A stretch of DNA of 64,000 nt from Antedon mediterranea (taxonomy: Eukaryota > Animalia > Echinodermata), in the NCBI RefSeq assembly GCF_964355755.1, contig NC_092678.1:25437365-25501364 (forward strand). Reading direction: 5' to 3'. Below, in pieces: positions 24,593 through 36,624 of the stretch. A model generated the notes under the pieces. That model was not told where the DNA came from. It worked only from the letters and a program-made list of their open reading frames with translations, and ran no database searches. The number at the start of each line of letters is the position of its first letter. Positions within the stretch are counted from its first letter, which is position 1. The position numbers and the translations under genes are program-made.

Positions 24593-25003
24593 CTGTTTTA
24601 AAAATGTAATGTTTATAGCAGAAATGTAGCTATAGTTTTAATTTACTATAACTATGGTAAGTTTAAATATGGACACATTGGTTTTCTTAATTTATGTAAT
24701 TTATTACATTGACTTTGTTGGTTTCTATATTACAAGTAATATGGATACCATTAACATATAGCAATTTATATGCATAGCAAAATTAATTAAGTTATTGAGA
24801 AAAAGGAGGTCCATCTAGATTCGAACCCAGAATGCTTGATATGCAGATGTCCTACCATTAGACCATTATCATACATATGAAATATGAAATGACAAATTTA
24901 ACAAAAAAATCATAAAACATACCACCTTATAAAATAAACAATTTTAAATAATGATACTTTTGATAGACATTTAAATACCACCACCACAAACTATTAAGTA
25001 TCT

Positions 25004-25167
25004 ACTGTAGAACCCCCTCTTAGGGACCCCCTATAAGGGGACACTTTCTAGTTAAATAAACAATGGATAATAGATGTTTTAAAACTAGGGCCAACTGCTA
25101 TTCAGGGGACACCTCTCTTGTTGTGGTTTCAAAGGTGTCCCCTTACAGTACCAACGGTTCTACTGTA
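25004..25167. mobile_element. Small Tc1/pogo-like MITE remnant
   Basis: Inverted ends tactgtagaacc...ggttctactgta with internal aggggacacc/ggtgtcccct. Confidence 0.5.
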
Positions 25168-25213
25168 TCTGCCAACCTAAATCCATTGGTATAAAACTAA
25201 GTAAGTGACTTAC

Positions 25214-27943
25214 CACTCCACATGCTCTACAATGGTGTCTACGGCGTGTCAGCCCAAAATCAAGGGCGCACCGCATACACATGGTTGCTTCGTCATCTCG
25301 TATCCATCGAGGCGCACGCAAACCAAGATGAAAACTGTCCTCACCCGATTCGGTTACTGGCCGACTGTCCGTCTTAAAGAAAAAAATAAATAAAATTATT
25401 TTTTAAACACAGTAAAAATAAAGTGCTCTATAAACACAACCAAAATTATTATTTCAATGTATTTTAAAATTGTAAAACAAATAGATTTTTAACAATTCTA
25501 CATTGTTGAAAAAATAAATCAAACTTACTTCATCTTTATCTACTGATAACGCTTTAAACGTCTCTTTTCTTCTTAACAATTCTTGTATTGCACCGAGTAT
25601 TGCCTGAAATAAATGTCAATAAAAGTTGGTGAATCAAATTCATGACTCAGAAATAGAAGGAGTAGGCACATAATACAATTTGCTGTTGGTAAATACAATG
25701 TATAAAGTATCAAACCCCTGTTGCATCTGAACCTCTATTAAGGGGTGGGAAGATAATAATAATTTAGGTATTTGTATAGCACCAGAATCAACTAAACTGA
25801 AGTAAAAATCAAATAAAAATATTGGATGTTAAAAAGATGCCGTTTAAGTTCTTTTTTTTAAAAATAGCAATAGAAGTTGATTTAGTAAAATGACGAGGGA
25901 GAGAATTCCAAAGAGAAGCAGCAGAGAGGCCTCAGGCGTTTTTTAGCTTCTTTTACATATTCTAATGCCTGTTTTTCCTCTCTTTTTCCCATGAGCTTCG
26001 AAGCGCCTGGGTTTAGCCAGTGAGTGCTCATAGCCGTTACACCACTGGAAGGATATCTTTGAGATACCTTCACAGTCCTTGTTTGTTTCTCAGGTATGTC
26101 TCCCCTTATTACTGGAATGTTCCAATGATCTTACCCTCATCCATGATTCTTTCTCATCATCTGAACTCCCTTGTAACTCCAAAGTCTTTTGTTTGCTCTC
26201 AAGTCTAAATGTATGGTCATATTTGCTGTTTTCTCCATCAAAAATCTAGAAATATTATACAGTTACATTATTAAAAGTTTTACAATACTACTTTATGTTT
26301 CTGAAGAAAAGTATAAAATACAACATTTTAGTTTTCCCATAATAATGGCATTTTGAAAAAGAAATTATAAAATTGAAGCTGGGGTATATCCTGTCTTTAA
26401 TGAGGGTCGGTGGGTCAAGAAAGTTAAGTCATTAACTTATTAATATTGTTTAATATTTTATGAGGATAACAGGCAATCTAAACATATTTTATAACTTTTT
26501 TCAGACTTTAGGCCGAAGAAAGAGAAACATAAAAAGGAGAAGCTACACATGGGCAATACCATACATCATTGAGGGCCTCTTCAAGTCAGCTGTACTGCTG
26601 TAGTACAACTGTTAAGGCTACCCTTGTAAAACATAGTTGAATAAATAAAATAAATAAATACCTTCATTCCATCGATGTCTAACCGAGCCTTCACTTTGTA
26701 ACTTGACGTTCCTCCTGTGATTAGCTTTCGATTCTGAGTGCAGAACAGGACATCATTAAACTGAAATTAAAATCAATTGGTTAATTCAAGAGGTCATGTT
26801 TAATTCCATGGTATAGTTTTAATTGCAAGCTTGGCTTTCTATTGTCGTATGTTTAATTCCATGGTATGGTTTTCATCGCAAGCTTACTGTTTGCGCGTTT
26901 GTAGAGATGGTGCGGACTAGCGAACTTAAGTACCACTTACCAGGAACAGATATCGTTCCTGTTGGTCACCACTTCTTGCTGCTATCTTTGTGATCTTTCC
27001 TTCTTTCAAAAACTCTCTTGTGGGGTCGATGATGTCCTCACCGTCAATCATTTCATTAATCTTTAAAAGTTTCTGAAATTTATCCTAAAGAAAAAAAAAT
27101 TAATTATGTAGACAGTTAAAAATAAGTTTATGAAGAAACAATTGACTTAAGTCAAAACTACTAGGATACTTAAGTTTATTACTTACCATGCTTTTCATGA
27201 AATCATTGGAATGTTGGGCTGCTGCTGAGATTAAGTCAAGTGCTTCTGAAAAGACAATGTAAGGTTACATTAAAGTAGTGTACTTTTACCACTCAACATT
27301 AATTAATAGTAGGATAATGTTAGAGGGCTTGTAGTGTATGAGCTTACATTAATGTTATTTCAAGTAAGTACTTAAAGTAGTGTACTTTTACCATTAAGTA
27401 TTAGTCATTTTAATATTTCCGATAATGTTAGGGATCTATTAATTGTAGTGTATATAACTAGCACTTACTACAGGCATCTGTTTTATCCTCTGAGTCTCCT
27501 GGAAGTTTTTTAAGGTAATCTGAAAAATTAAAAAAAAAGAATCCAAATTTTCTATAAACCTCTAAACCGAACACCATACACATTTTAAGCATCAGTTAAA
27601 CTTTCTTAATCTGTTTCATGCTGTTTTAGGCCTAATACGCCTCTCTCCACCCAGGTGTATAAATGGGAACCCTGTTAGATCAAGACACAACTTTGCGTTG
27701 ATTACTAGCTGCATTATGGGAGTATGTTTCCATACGTGTTTGATCCAAAAAATTACTGGGGTAATAATGTTCAGCGCTGAGAGGTTTCACAACATTAGGC
27801 ACTATATAAATCCAGGATATTATTATTATTAGCAAATATAACAAAGGTTACTGACCTCTTAGTAACAATTGGTATCGTGGTACTCTCTGTACAGGTTCTA
27901 ACATATGATGTTGTAAAGACAGATGATGGCATAATGGATCTGC
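25214..27943 (-). pseudogene. FGD: Internal 8-exon fragment of an FGD-family protein (end of DH RhoGEF, PH, first half of FYVE)
   Basis: Exons read [29 protein letters not shown] / DYLKKLPGDSEDKTDAC / KALDLISAAAQHSNDFMKSM / DKFQKLL...IDPTREFLKEGKITKI...RYLFL / FNDVLF... / ...HTFRLESKQKTLELQGSSDDEKESWMR / AILGAIQE... / ...[38 protein letters not shown]; all open with GT-AG sites; no flanking FGD exons seen in the window. Confidence 0.85.
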
Positions 27944-28025
27944 CTGTTGAAGACAAAACAAGTAATATTACGAATAATTATATTTATTGAAATATTTTAA
28001 TTATACTGTGCAACCACTTCAGTCA

Positions 28026-28060
28026 AGGCTAGGCTAGGCTAGGCTAGGCTAGGCTAGGCC
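28026..28060. repeat. (AGGCT)n microsatellite
   Basis: aggct repeated about 7 times. Confidence 0.85.
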
Positions 28061-28700
28061 CGGTCGCGCGATATGATTTTTTTTTCCTTCAATATTATGA
28101 CGCACACGCGCGCACACCTCTTTTGAAGGTCCTCGAAATGTAACCTTGTCTACGCCGCCGGTTAGCCGGTGATAGTGTGTAGTTTGATGATGATTTTTTT
28201 TAGTTGCCATTTTTTCCGTCCTCCGTTGCTAACCGATATAGACATGATCAGTGGCTGTGATGTATTCCAGGGTCTCAAAAAATGTACTAGGTTCTTTAAA
28301 ATGCACATGAGCTACAGTAGATGTGTACACTGGACTACGGTTTATAGTCCTTGTAGAAGCCATTGCTTCTAGTTTAATTAATATTGGGCAAAATATTTGG
28401 TTTTCTGTGGCAACTTATTGCAATATGAGGAGGTTGCATGGTAACATGCCTTTTTTGTGTGAAAAGGAAAGAAGACAGGATTTAAGAAGTTAGTTGGAGA
28501 TTATAAGAGATAAATAGAGAGAGATTTTAGAAAGTTTTTGTATAAATTACTGAACCATAAGCCAGGGAAAGTTTACAGAATTCGGTAAGCTAGGCCTAGA
28601 TAACTTTGTTTTAACTTTCAGGGACCATCTCATAAGTGAGATATACCTGTTGCTTCTATGAAAGCATTACAGTTTATATGCTTGTTCTTTGGTTAAATTG

Positions 28701-30770
28701 GGGTAGTAACAAAGTGCGAGGCAGCGAGGCACGCGAGGCAGGGAAGGCAGGGAAGGCATGCGAGGCAAGTCAGAAATTTATGCGAGGCATCGTTTTACCA
28801 TCATCAAAAAATGCGAGGCATCATTTTATCATTTCTCAAAATTGCAAGGCAGGAAATCACCGAAATTGAAGTAGCCTAGGCCTAGGCCTAGGTCCGCTAG
28901 GCTAGTTTCCTTTTGCACCTGCCTTGTAATTTAACCAAGGCTTTATCCTGAATACCACAGCTTAGAATTAGTAGGCCTACTTTAATGAAGAAAAATCACA
29001 TAAAAGTAACAATAAATCCATTAAATTGGTGATTTTACAGACGTTGTTTTTCTCGCATTTCGCACACTCAATGTTCAATATTTTGGTTTCTATGGAACGC
29101 CAAAAGAGCAAAATTAATTAGAGGGCTAAAAACTCTGTGGAATCCATTTATATTTAACGCATTATTTGGTGAAAATCAAGTACAATTTCAATAGATTTTG
29201 TAAGGAAAAATGTTACTGTTGATAATGTACACGGTTTCGTTAACCTTTTAAAGAATAAAATAGAAAAATTCATCATAATATCCTTAGTAGGATGTCCTAG
29301 GTCTAGACTAGGTAGTGATGTTGATTTAGGATCGATTATTATTCTTTGAAAACATAACAGTATCAGCAGTAACATATTACAACATTTTTATTGACAAATT
29401 AACAAATATATTGAAATAAAACGTGTTTTTCACCAATAAATGCATGAGAAATTGACGCATTCCACTGAGTTTTAGTCCTCTATTATCGTTGCTCTTTTGG
29501 CGCTCCATAGAAACAAAAATATTGAACATTGAATAAGTGAAATTCGCGAACAGTGTGCGAGAAACACGCCTGTAAAATCATTAATTTAAGGATTTATTTG
29601 TTACTTTTTATGTGATTCTTTCATTAAAGTACTCATGAGGTATACTGCTAAGGTGTGGTATTCACACGATAAAGTTAGTTATCAAATTTGGAGTAAAAAT
29701 ACAAGCGAAGGAAACTAGCGCCAGGTTTATTAGTACGTACATGGACAACAATAAATAAAAATCGTTCGTAATATACCTAGCTTACTAAAACAGGAATAGT
29801 GTATCATTATTAAATATTACACCAATTATTATTTTATCAAAATTGATTAAATTATTTTCTACATAGGCCTCTTATCTAGGTTAGGGCTAAGCATATTAGC
29901 TAAAGTTTAATTTTAGGCCTAGTATTACAATTGTCGGACGTAAGTCTTTTTTCACACGCGCTCCAGAATTCTGTCGCAATTTTTTTCTTTGCGGCATGTT
30001 ATTGGATCGGCATATCAGTTACCTTTTATTCACCGCCAGTTATTGAACTTGTCCTGGCAATCGCTGTTCACCTTATTTGCGAGAGAGGTACACGTGTTGT
30101 TCATAGAGAATGGAATGTCAAAAATGTCTTTGGCACGCCGCTCAGAGAGAAGTCTGTGCGTTGCTGCTGAAACCACGTGCTATAGGAGTGGAATGCACCA
30201 CGATCCTCTGAGCTGAGGGCTGAATCATTCCGCTACCTGCTAAATAGTAAAGAGGGATTGTCCATCTCTCGGGTCTACCGGATCTAGGCGCAGGGGTGTG
30301 ACAAAATATTATTTTCACTCTGCTATGTTCGAGAGACATGTGAGTGAACACGCTCGAAATGCCAACAAACATTGCAGTCATTTGATGAGTGTGTCGCTAT
30401 AACAATTATTGTTTATCGAAAGTTGAAGACTGTCGTTCAGATTTTTGAACCGTAGTTTGGGCACTTTTGTAAAAGTAAAATTTGACACGATATGACTTGA
30501 ATGAAAAAACAATCGTTAGGCCTACATAAAAATAAACAACATGATGAGTGTATACACGAATCTATTTAGATACGCTTGTATCGATTGATTATTAGGCCTA
30601 TAATATATCATAATAGCACGTTAAGATATGCCTCGCACCTTTTTGAAATTGTAAACTATATGCCTCGCATGCCTCGCACTTTTGGAAATGATAAAATGAT
30701 GCCTCGCACAAATATTTGGCATGCCTCGCTTGCCTCGCGTGCCTCGCTGCCTCGCACTTTGTCAACACTC
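28701..30770. mobile_element. Mutator/MuDR-like non-autonomous element, 2070 bp, copy 1
   Basis: Long imperfect TIRs gggtagtaacaaagtgcgaggcagcgaggcacgcgagg / ...gcactttgtcaacactc with (gcgagg) subrepeats; 9-bp TSD gttaaattg; empty paralogous site at 44547-44555. Confidence 0.85.
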
Positions 30771-32217
30771 GTTAAATTGTTGTTTGAATAGCTAATATTT
30801 ATGCTCATATTATAATAGTAATAGTAATACTGGACAACAATTATGCATTATTATAGAAGACTGTATTAATTGCAGTTGTTGCTGATGGATCAATGTTAAT
30901 ATTATCATTCTGTCAATTGTTTAAATAGGTCATGTTAAACCAGTTTTAAATTAAGAACCAAGAACTTTATAATTAATTAATAGTTAACCATACTATTATG
31001 TCATTTTTATTGTTTTACAGTTAATCAACTCTATCACGGTATTGGTAAATAAAGACTTAAAGGAAGCATATAACCGTGTGATATTTCGATTCTCGACTCA
31101 TATATTTCTCTGGACCCTCGACAGTAATAGTCCTTATCCAAAAAGACTCGCTTTGGACTAGATGTTACCTTTCAATAACATGCTTCTCCTCTAGGGTCTT
31201 GTCATGTCCTGCAGCCATTTACGGCGCTCTCTCGACACAGTGGCCGAGTGTGTGTACTAGTACACCGGGTAACCACCTACTCGTCTCGAAAGATGTACTA
31301 GGATTTTAAAAGTGCACACACAATGTGTATACACTGGACCTATGGTTTATAGTTCTTATTTGAGAAGACTTGTTCTCCACCAGAACCATGGAGCGAGTGA
31401 GCCTCATACCCTTGCCGATGTTATGGCTGGGTTACGGTTCCACTGTTCCACTGAACAAATGTGTTAATCGTTAAACAAAAATCTATTAATAATTATACTG
31501 TAATACAATTATATTTGAAATATTAACCGGTAATTATTATTTAAATATTATATTAACCTCATCCTTCTAAGAAATTAATTATTGATTTTTAATGTACTAC
31601 TGTTAGTATTGTACTACATAAATAATGATAATACTGTAATAATATCCTAGATTTATATAGCGCCTAATGTTGTGAAACCTAGCGCTGTACATAAACTAAT
31701 ACAATAAAAGGAATTCCAACCATGCCAAAAAAAAGCCCAAACCGAGACTCAGACATCACGCCATTGCTTTAATCTTTCTCCAGTTTTATAATATACTGTA
31801 CCGCAAACTTTATATCAAAACAAATCGTTACCTGTAGAAGAACCACTTAAAAATTATGTTTCGTAGAAAACGAACGAAAACCAATATTATTGTATATTGA
31901 AATTAATAATTTATTTCAATTTGTGTCGAATATCAGATCGGAAATTAATTTACGGATGTACAGTATGCCAACTTGTAATTTAATCTTGATATAACACATT
32001 TTAATTTGTTGTTGTCTTTAAAAAAGATGTGTTGTGGTTATTTTAGTAGAAGTGAGGAAATAATTGTTTTAATGTAGTATAAACAAAAATTCTATGTATT
32101 AGTAATTACACATTATTAACTAGTAATTAAGCTATTATAGTTTGAAGTTCCTCAATATGCGGTTTTGCTGTTGGTATAAATACTGTTAGTGTTAGGGACA
32201 GACAGATAACAACAAGA

Positions 32218-34425
32218 ATGGCAGAGGAGATGGATAGTATGTATATAGAAGTAACAGCCAGGGAGGAGATACAGAGTAAAGAGAAAGGAATGGCCAAGTG
32301 TCAATATAGTGATGTTGATGCAGTTCCTCCTGGAAAACAAGTGGTGGTTGTACAGCAGAAACAACACCATGTTTCACTTGGTATTGCCGTTGCATGTGTC
32401 ATTCTTGTATGTATTGTAGTAGCAGTTTTCAGTATGATGACTATCCAGTCACATAACGTAAGTAGGTGCAATTATGACAGAAAACATTACAATACCTGTA
32501 GTAGTATTGACAGCATGTTGTTGACAAAATATAGTTACTAATGATACACATGTTGTAGATCAGAGAGTGGTTGTAAAAACAGATTACCTATGTAAAGTAC
32601 TTAATTGACTAGATATAATAGAAATTACTTAAACCGAATTTTAACATCTTGGTAATGAATTTTTTTTTTGGCTTTAATCTAGGAAAACATACGTTCACAA
32701 ACTAAAGGTAGGCTTTTTTATACCCTTAAAACACAATATTAAATAAGGAAAATAAAGGTTCAGCCCCAGAATATAACAGTTTTTAAACAGTTTTAATTAA
32801 TTTGCTGAGATCTTTTCCTCTTCAATAATATGAATGTGAATGGCCGAGCGCTTAAAGGCCAGGTGCGGGCAAAAAATTTCTATTGATCATACATTCCAAT
32901 AATTATCAATCTATAGTTTCCCCTATGTTTCATAATTTTTGGGATTTTATTTGTGTTACACGAGCTTGTTGAAAATAAGCACTTTCTTATCAGTGGGGGG
33001 ATAGTTCAAATTACACAGTAAAATCTCTATTCTTTTGTACACAAATTTTGTAAATAGAGAGGCATTTTAAAAAGCTATAACAAAAATAAACGGTGTGGTA
33101 AAAAATGTTATCAGATGACTAAATATAGGTAATATAACTTGAATTTTACATTTCTGGTATTTTTATTCAACTTCAGATTTTTATTTTCATGCTATAGCAA
33201 AAATTATCCACCGTATATCCACCATTTTTTGTCACCTCCTACAGTAGGGAGTCACCAGACATGTTATTACATTAGGTGAAACTACCTAACTACTGAAAAA
33301 AGTAGTCTTCCTGGTTTTTATAGCAGAATTTTGCCAAATTTTTTATTTGACCATATTAAGAGAATTTTATGTTTTTTTCGTCTTGATTTCTGTTACAAAT
33401 ATTTGATTTATGTACAATTAACCAGATATTATATTTAAAATTCAAGCCCTAGTATCTGAGCTTTAAGACAGTGGAACCGTAACCCGGCCATAACATCGGC
33501 AAGGGTTCAAGTCTCACTCACTCTATGGTCTTCTCAGATATAAGAACTATAAACCGTATTTCCAGTGTACACACATGGTGTACATGGTCAACCAGTGTGG
33601 GGATCAAAACCCAGAATCGCAAATAATTTTGTATTAAAATTTAAATGATAACAATTTTTTAAATTAATTTATAGTTTATACTTTATACACACGTTGGGGG
33701 CGTATGGATTGTCCAAGTACTGCTGAATTAGTATACAAAGGTATTTAAATAAAAATGTTTTATTTAAAATAAAATTGTAATTATTTTGAATATTCATCAG
33801 TAAATAAAGATGATACTATGTCTTTGCAGAACATTGTAAATGATACCTATCAAAGTTTTGAGGTAATATTATATTTCAGCCCAATATTTAGGGTTTATTT
33901 ATATTTCTAGGTGTCATGTCTGGTGCACCACATACCGGTAGTAATACTGGGAGTGGTGCAAACTATCTTTGTTTACCTGACCAACCACGATACAAATTCA
34001 CAATGGCAGGCTATCAAACCACAAGAGGATCAATCGCTGCTGTGGAATTCAGGGAATCAACAAAAATGTTCCAACCAACAAAAAAACTCCATGGTTTAAA
34101 CTTTCCTTGCGCCGTTTGTCAAGCCCCACGAAGCGTCTCGTTACTTTTGCCAGCGGATACCGAATGCCCAATTGGTTGGATTACAGAGTTTAGCGGATAC
34201 ATGATGGCTTCTAGAAAGAACGAAAAACGTGCAGAATACGTCTGCGTAGATGAAAGTCCATCTTACATAAAGGGTAGACCTAATGCCGGTGATGTGGATG
34301 GGGTATCGGCCAGCTTTCTATTTCATGTTGAGGGCCGATGCAATGCAGAAAATGTAGTTGGAGGGTTGCCTTGTCCACCTTACGTTGATGGTTACGAGTT
34401 GACTTGTGCAATTTGTACACAATAA
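32218..34425 (+). CDS. Copy E: type II TM C4-like domain protein, intact; tail has ITIM-consensus SMYIEV
   Basis: Exons 32218-32457, 32683-32707, 33675-33740 and 33911-34425; ectodomain nearly identical to B. Confidence 0.88.
32856..33462. mobile_element. About 607-bp TTAA-flanked insertion (Kolobok-like) splitting the intronic SINE of copy E
   Basis: ttaa|aggccaggtg...atctgagct|ttaa; absent from the paralogous introns of B and C; TIRs are weak. Confidence 0.6.
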
Positions 34426-36326
34426 TTTACTTTCCTTCGACACTGTATTGGTGATACTGGTGTCATAAGGTCCAATTTGTATTCTTCATTTATTGGTTTG
34501 TTGCAAGGGGTCTTGCGCAAACTTGTGTAGTTTGTACTCTGTATAAATTCACCTCTTGGAAGTTAACCTCTATAAATAACGAATATCATACTGCATTTTC
34601 TTAAAAAGATGTATAGAATAGAATTTTGATGGTAAAGGTAAAATATTTATTCTGGTTCTCAAGCTTAACTGCCGAAACTGAGGAAATTTGGGTTAGGCCT
34701 TCTGCGTACCCACAGCAGCCTACTGCTTTGTTTGGCTATCTCCCATCAGGCTTCCCAGGATCTGCGCCGTAGTGCTAAACAAATATTTGATACGGTATAA
34801 AAGATTATAGGCCCCTACAGGCATAGTCTAGCCTAGTAATAATAATGCTATTTCCAGGTGCACTAGACTGCTATGAATTATTTAATATGTTTTTTATTGT
34901 ATGTTTTCTATATCTACATGCTTTTCTTGCTTTGACATAACATTTTGTTTACTATAGCATTAACAAAGTTATTAAAATTTCTGATACAAAACCACTATTT
35001 TCGTAAATCGTTTTTATTGTTTTACAATTGACTATTTGTACATTTATATTCCATCAGTCAACTTTCGTAAAAATGTTGCAAGACAAAAATATAGTTTTGA
35101 TATTTTAGCATTGTCATTATGAACATAACCGTGTTTAACCCATGTGTATTGAGGGTCTTTTACAACTGTTTCAGCACGGAGCCATGTGAAAACAAAACAT
35201 TGATGTTTGGTTTGATTTACCAGCGCCGGAGCGGAACTCTGCCGGAACGAGTGTGAACGTTTTTTTAGTAATTTATTTGATATATTATATCAACATTGCC
35301 AATATCATCAATAAAATATGAATAGTTAAACAACTTTAAAAACTTTATAAATACCACAAAAAAATTGGTCTAAAGTGAGACGTTTCGTCTCACCAAAAGT
35401 GGGAGTATGAAACTTGTTTGACAAAAAAGTTTGATGTGCCCAAATATGGTAGTGATATGCCCAAATATGGCAGGTAGTGATATAGCGTGTCCATATAAAT
35501 ATCAGCACTTCACATTTTTTTGTCGTATAAAGTTTGATAGTGTAGACAAAGCATTAAACAAATAAAATTGATAATAAATCATTATTTCTTAAATTAATAA
35601 TTATATCAATTGATGAAAAAATAATAATTAAAATTGTTACATCAAAAAGTCGAGTGGCTTTTTTTGTAAGAAATATTCTTGTTTATCCTCTATTCATGGT
35701 GTTGCAAAGAATATTTTTGCCAAAACACTGAGATGAGTAGTAGTAATTAGTACAGTCTTTAATTCCATATGTAATTTTACTTCATATGGACCGTAAATTC
35801 CGAAATAAAATATTTGAATGCCTGATTTTTCCTCAGGGCACTGCTCAGGGGCCCTCATAAGCTCATAGCCGTTACACCATTGCTTTGACCGTTCTCAAGT
35901 TTTATATACACAGTACTGTATCGCAAACTTTATATCAAAACAAATCGTTACCCGTAGAAGAACCACCAAAATTATGTTTCGTAGAAAACGAACGAAAGCT
36001 GATATTTGTACTATATTGAAATTAAGAATGTGTTTCAATTTGTGTCGTATATAGGCCTACACATCTGATCAGGATTGATTTACGGATATAGTATGCCAAC
36101 TTGCAATTTAATCTAGATAATATTATCTCTTTGAAAAGATGTGTTGTGGTAATATTTAGTAAAAATGAGAAAATATTTTAATGTAGTAAACAAGAATGAG
36201 AACAATAAGGTATTATTTGGGAGTGCTAAATAGTTCCTCAATATGCGGTTTTGCTGTTGGTATAAATACTGATTTTAGTATTAGGACGGACAAACAAACA
36301 GCAAACAACAGAAAGAATCAAGAATC

Positions 36327-36624
36327 ATGGCAGAGATGGATAATATGTATATGGAAGTAATGACCAAAGCACACACTCAAAATAAAGAGAAAGGAATGGC
36401 CAAGTGTCAATATAGTGATGTTGATGCAGTTCCTCCTGGAAAACAAGTGGTGGTTGTACAGAAGCAACACCATGTTTCACTTGGTATTGCCGTTGCATGT
36501 GTCATTCTTGTATGTATTGTAGTAGCAGTTTTCAGTATGATGACTATCCAGTCACATAAATCCTTCATCGAGCATCTTACAAGAATCGAAATAAGCAGGT
36601 ACAATTTGACTGAATACATTACAA
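36327..36624 (+). pseudogene. Copy F: promoter and exon 1 only, truncated by a transposon end
   Basis: MAEMDNMYMEV...TM...HKSFIEHLTRIEISRYNLTEYIT runs directly into the TIR gggtgtgtag; no downstream exons before copy G. Confidence 0.8.

Noticed and set aside
24376-25373. Splicing of the FGD FYVE exon to the orphan terminal exon to give a chimeric protein
   Set aside because: Phases are incompatible: the phase-0 donor would read TAA immediately after the acceptor
29931-30381. Conserved ORFs duplicated at 42814-43285 as a possible transposase or captured gene
   Set aside because: Short, overlapping on both strands, with no DDE or other recognisable motif; conservation is explained by recent element duplication
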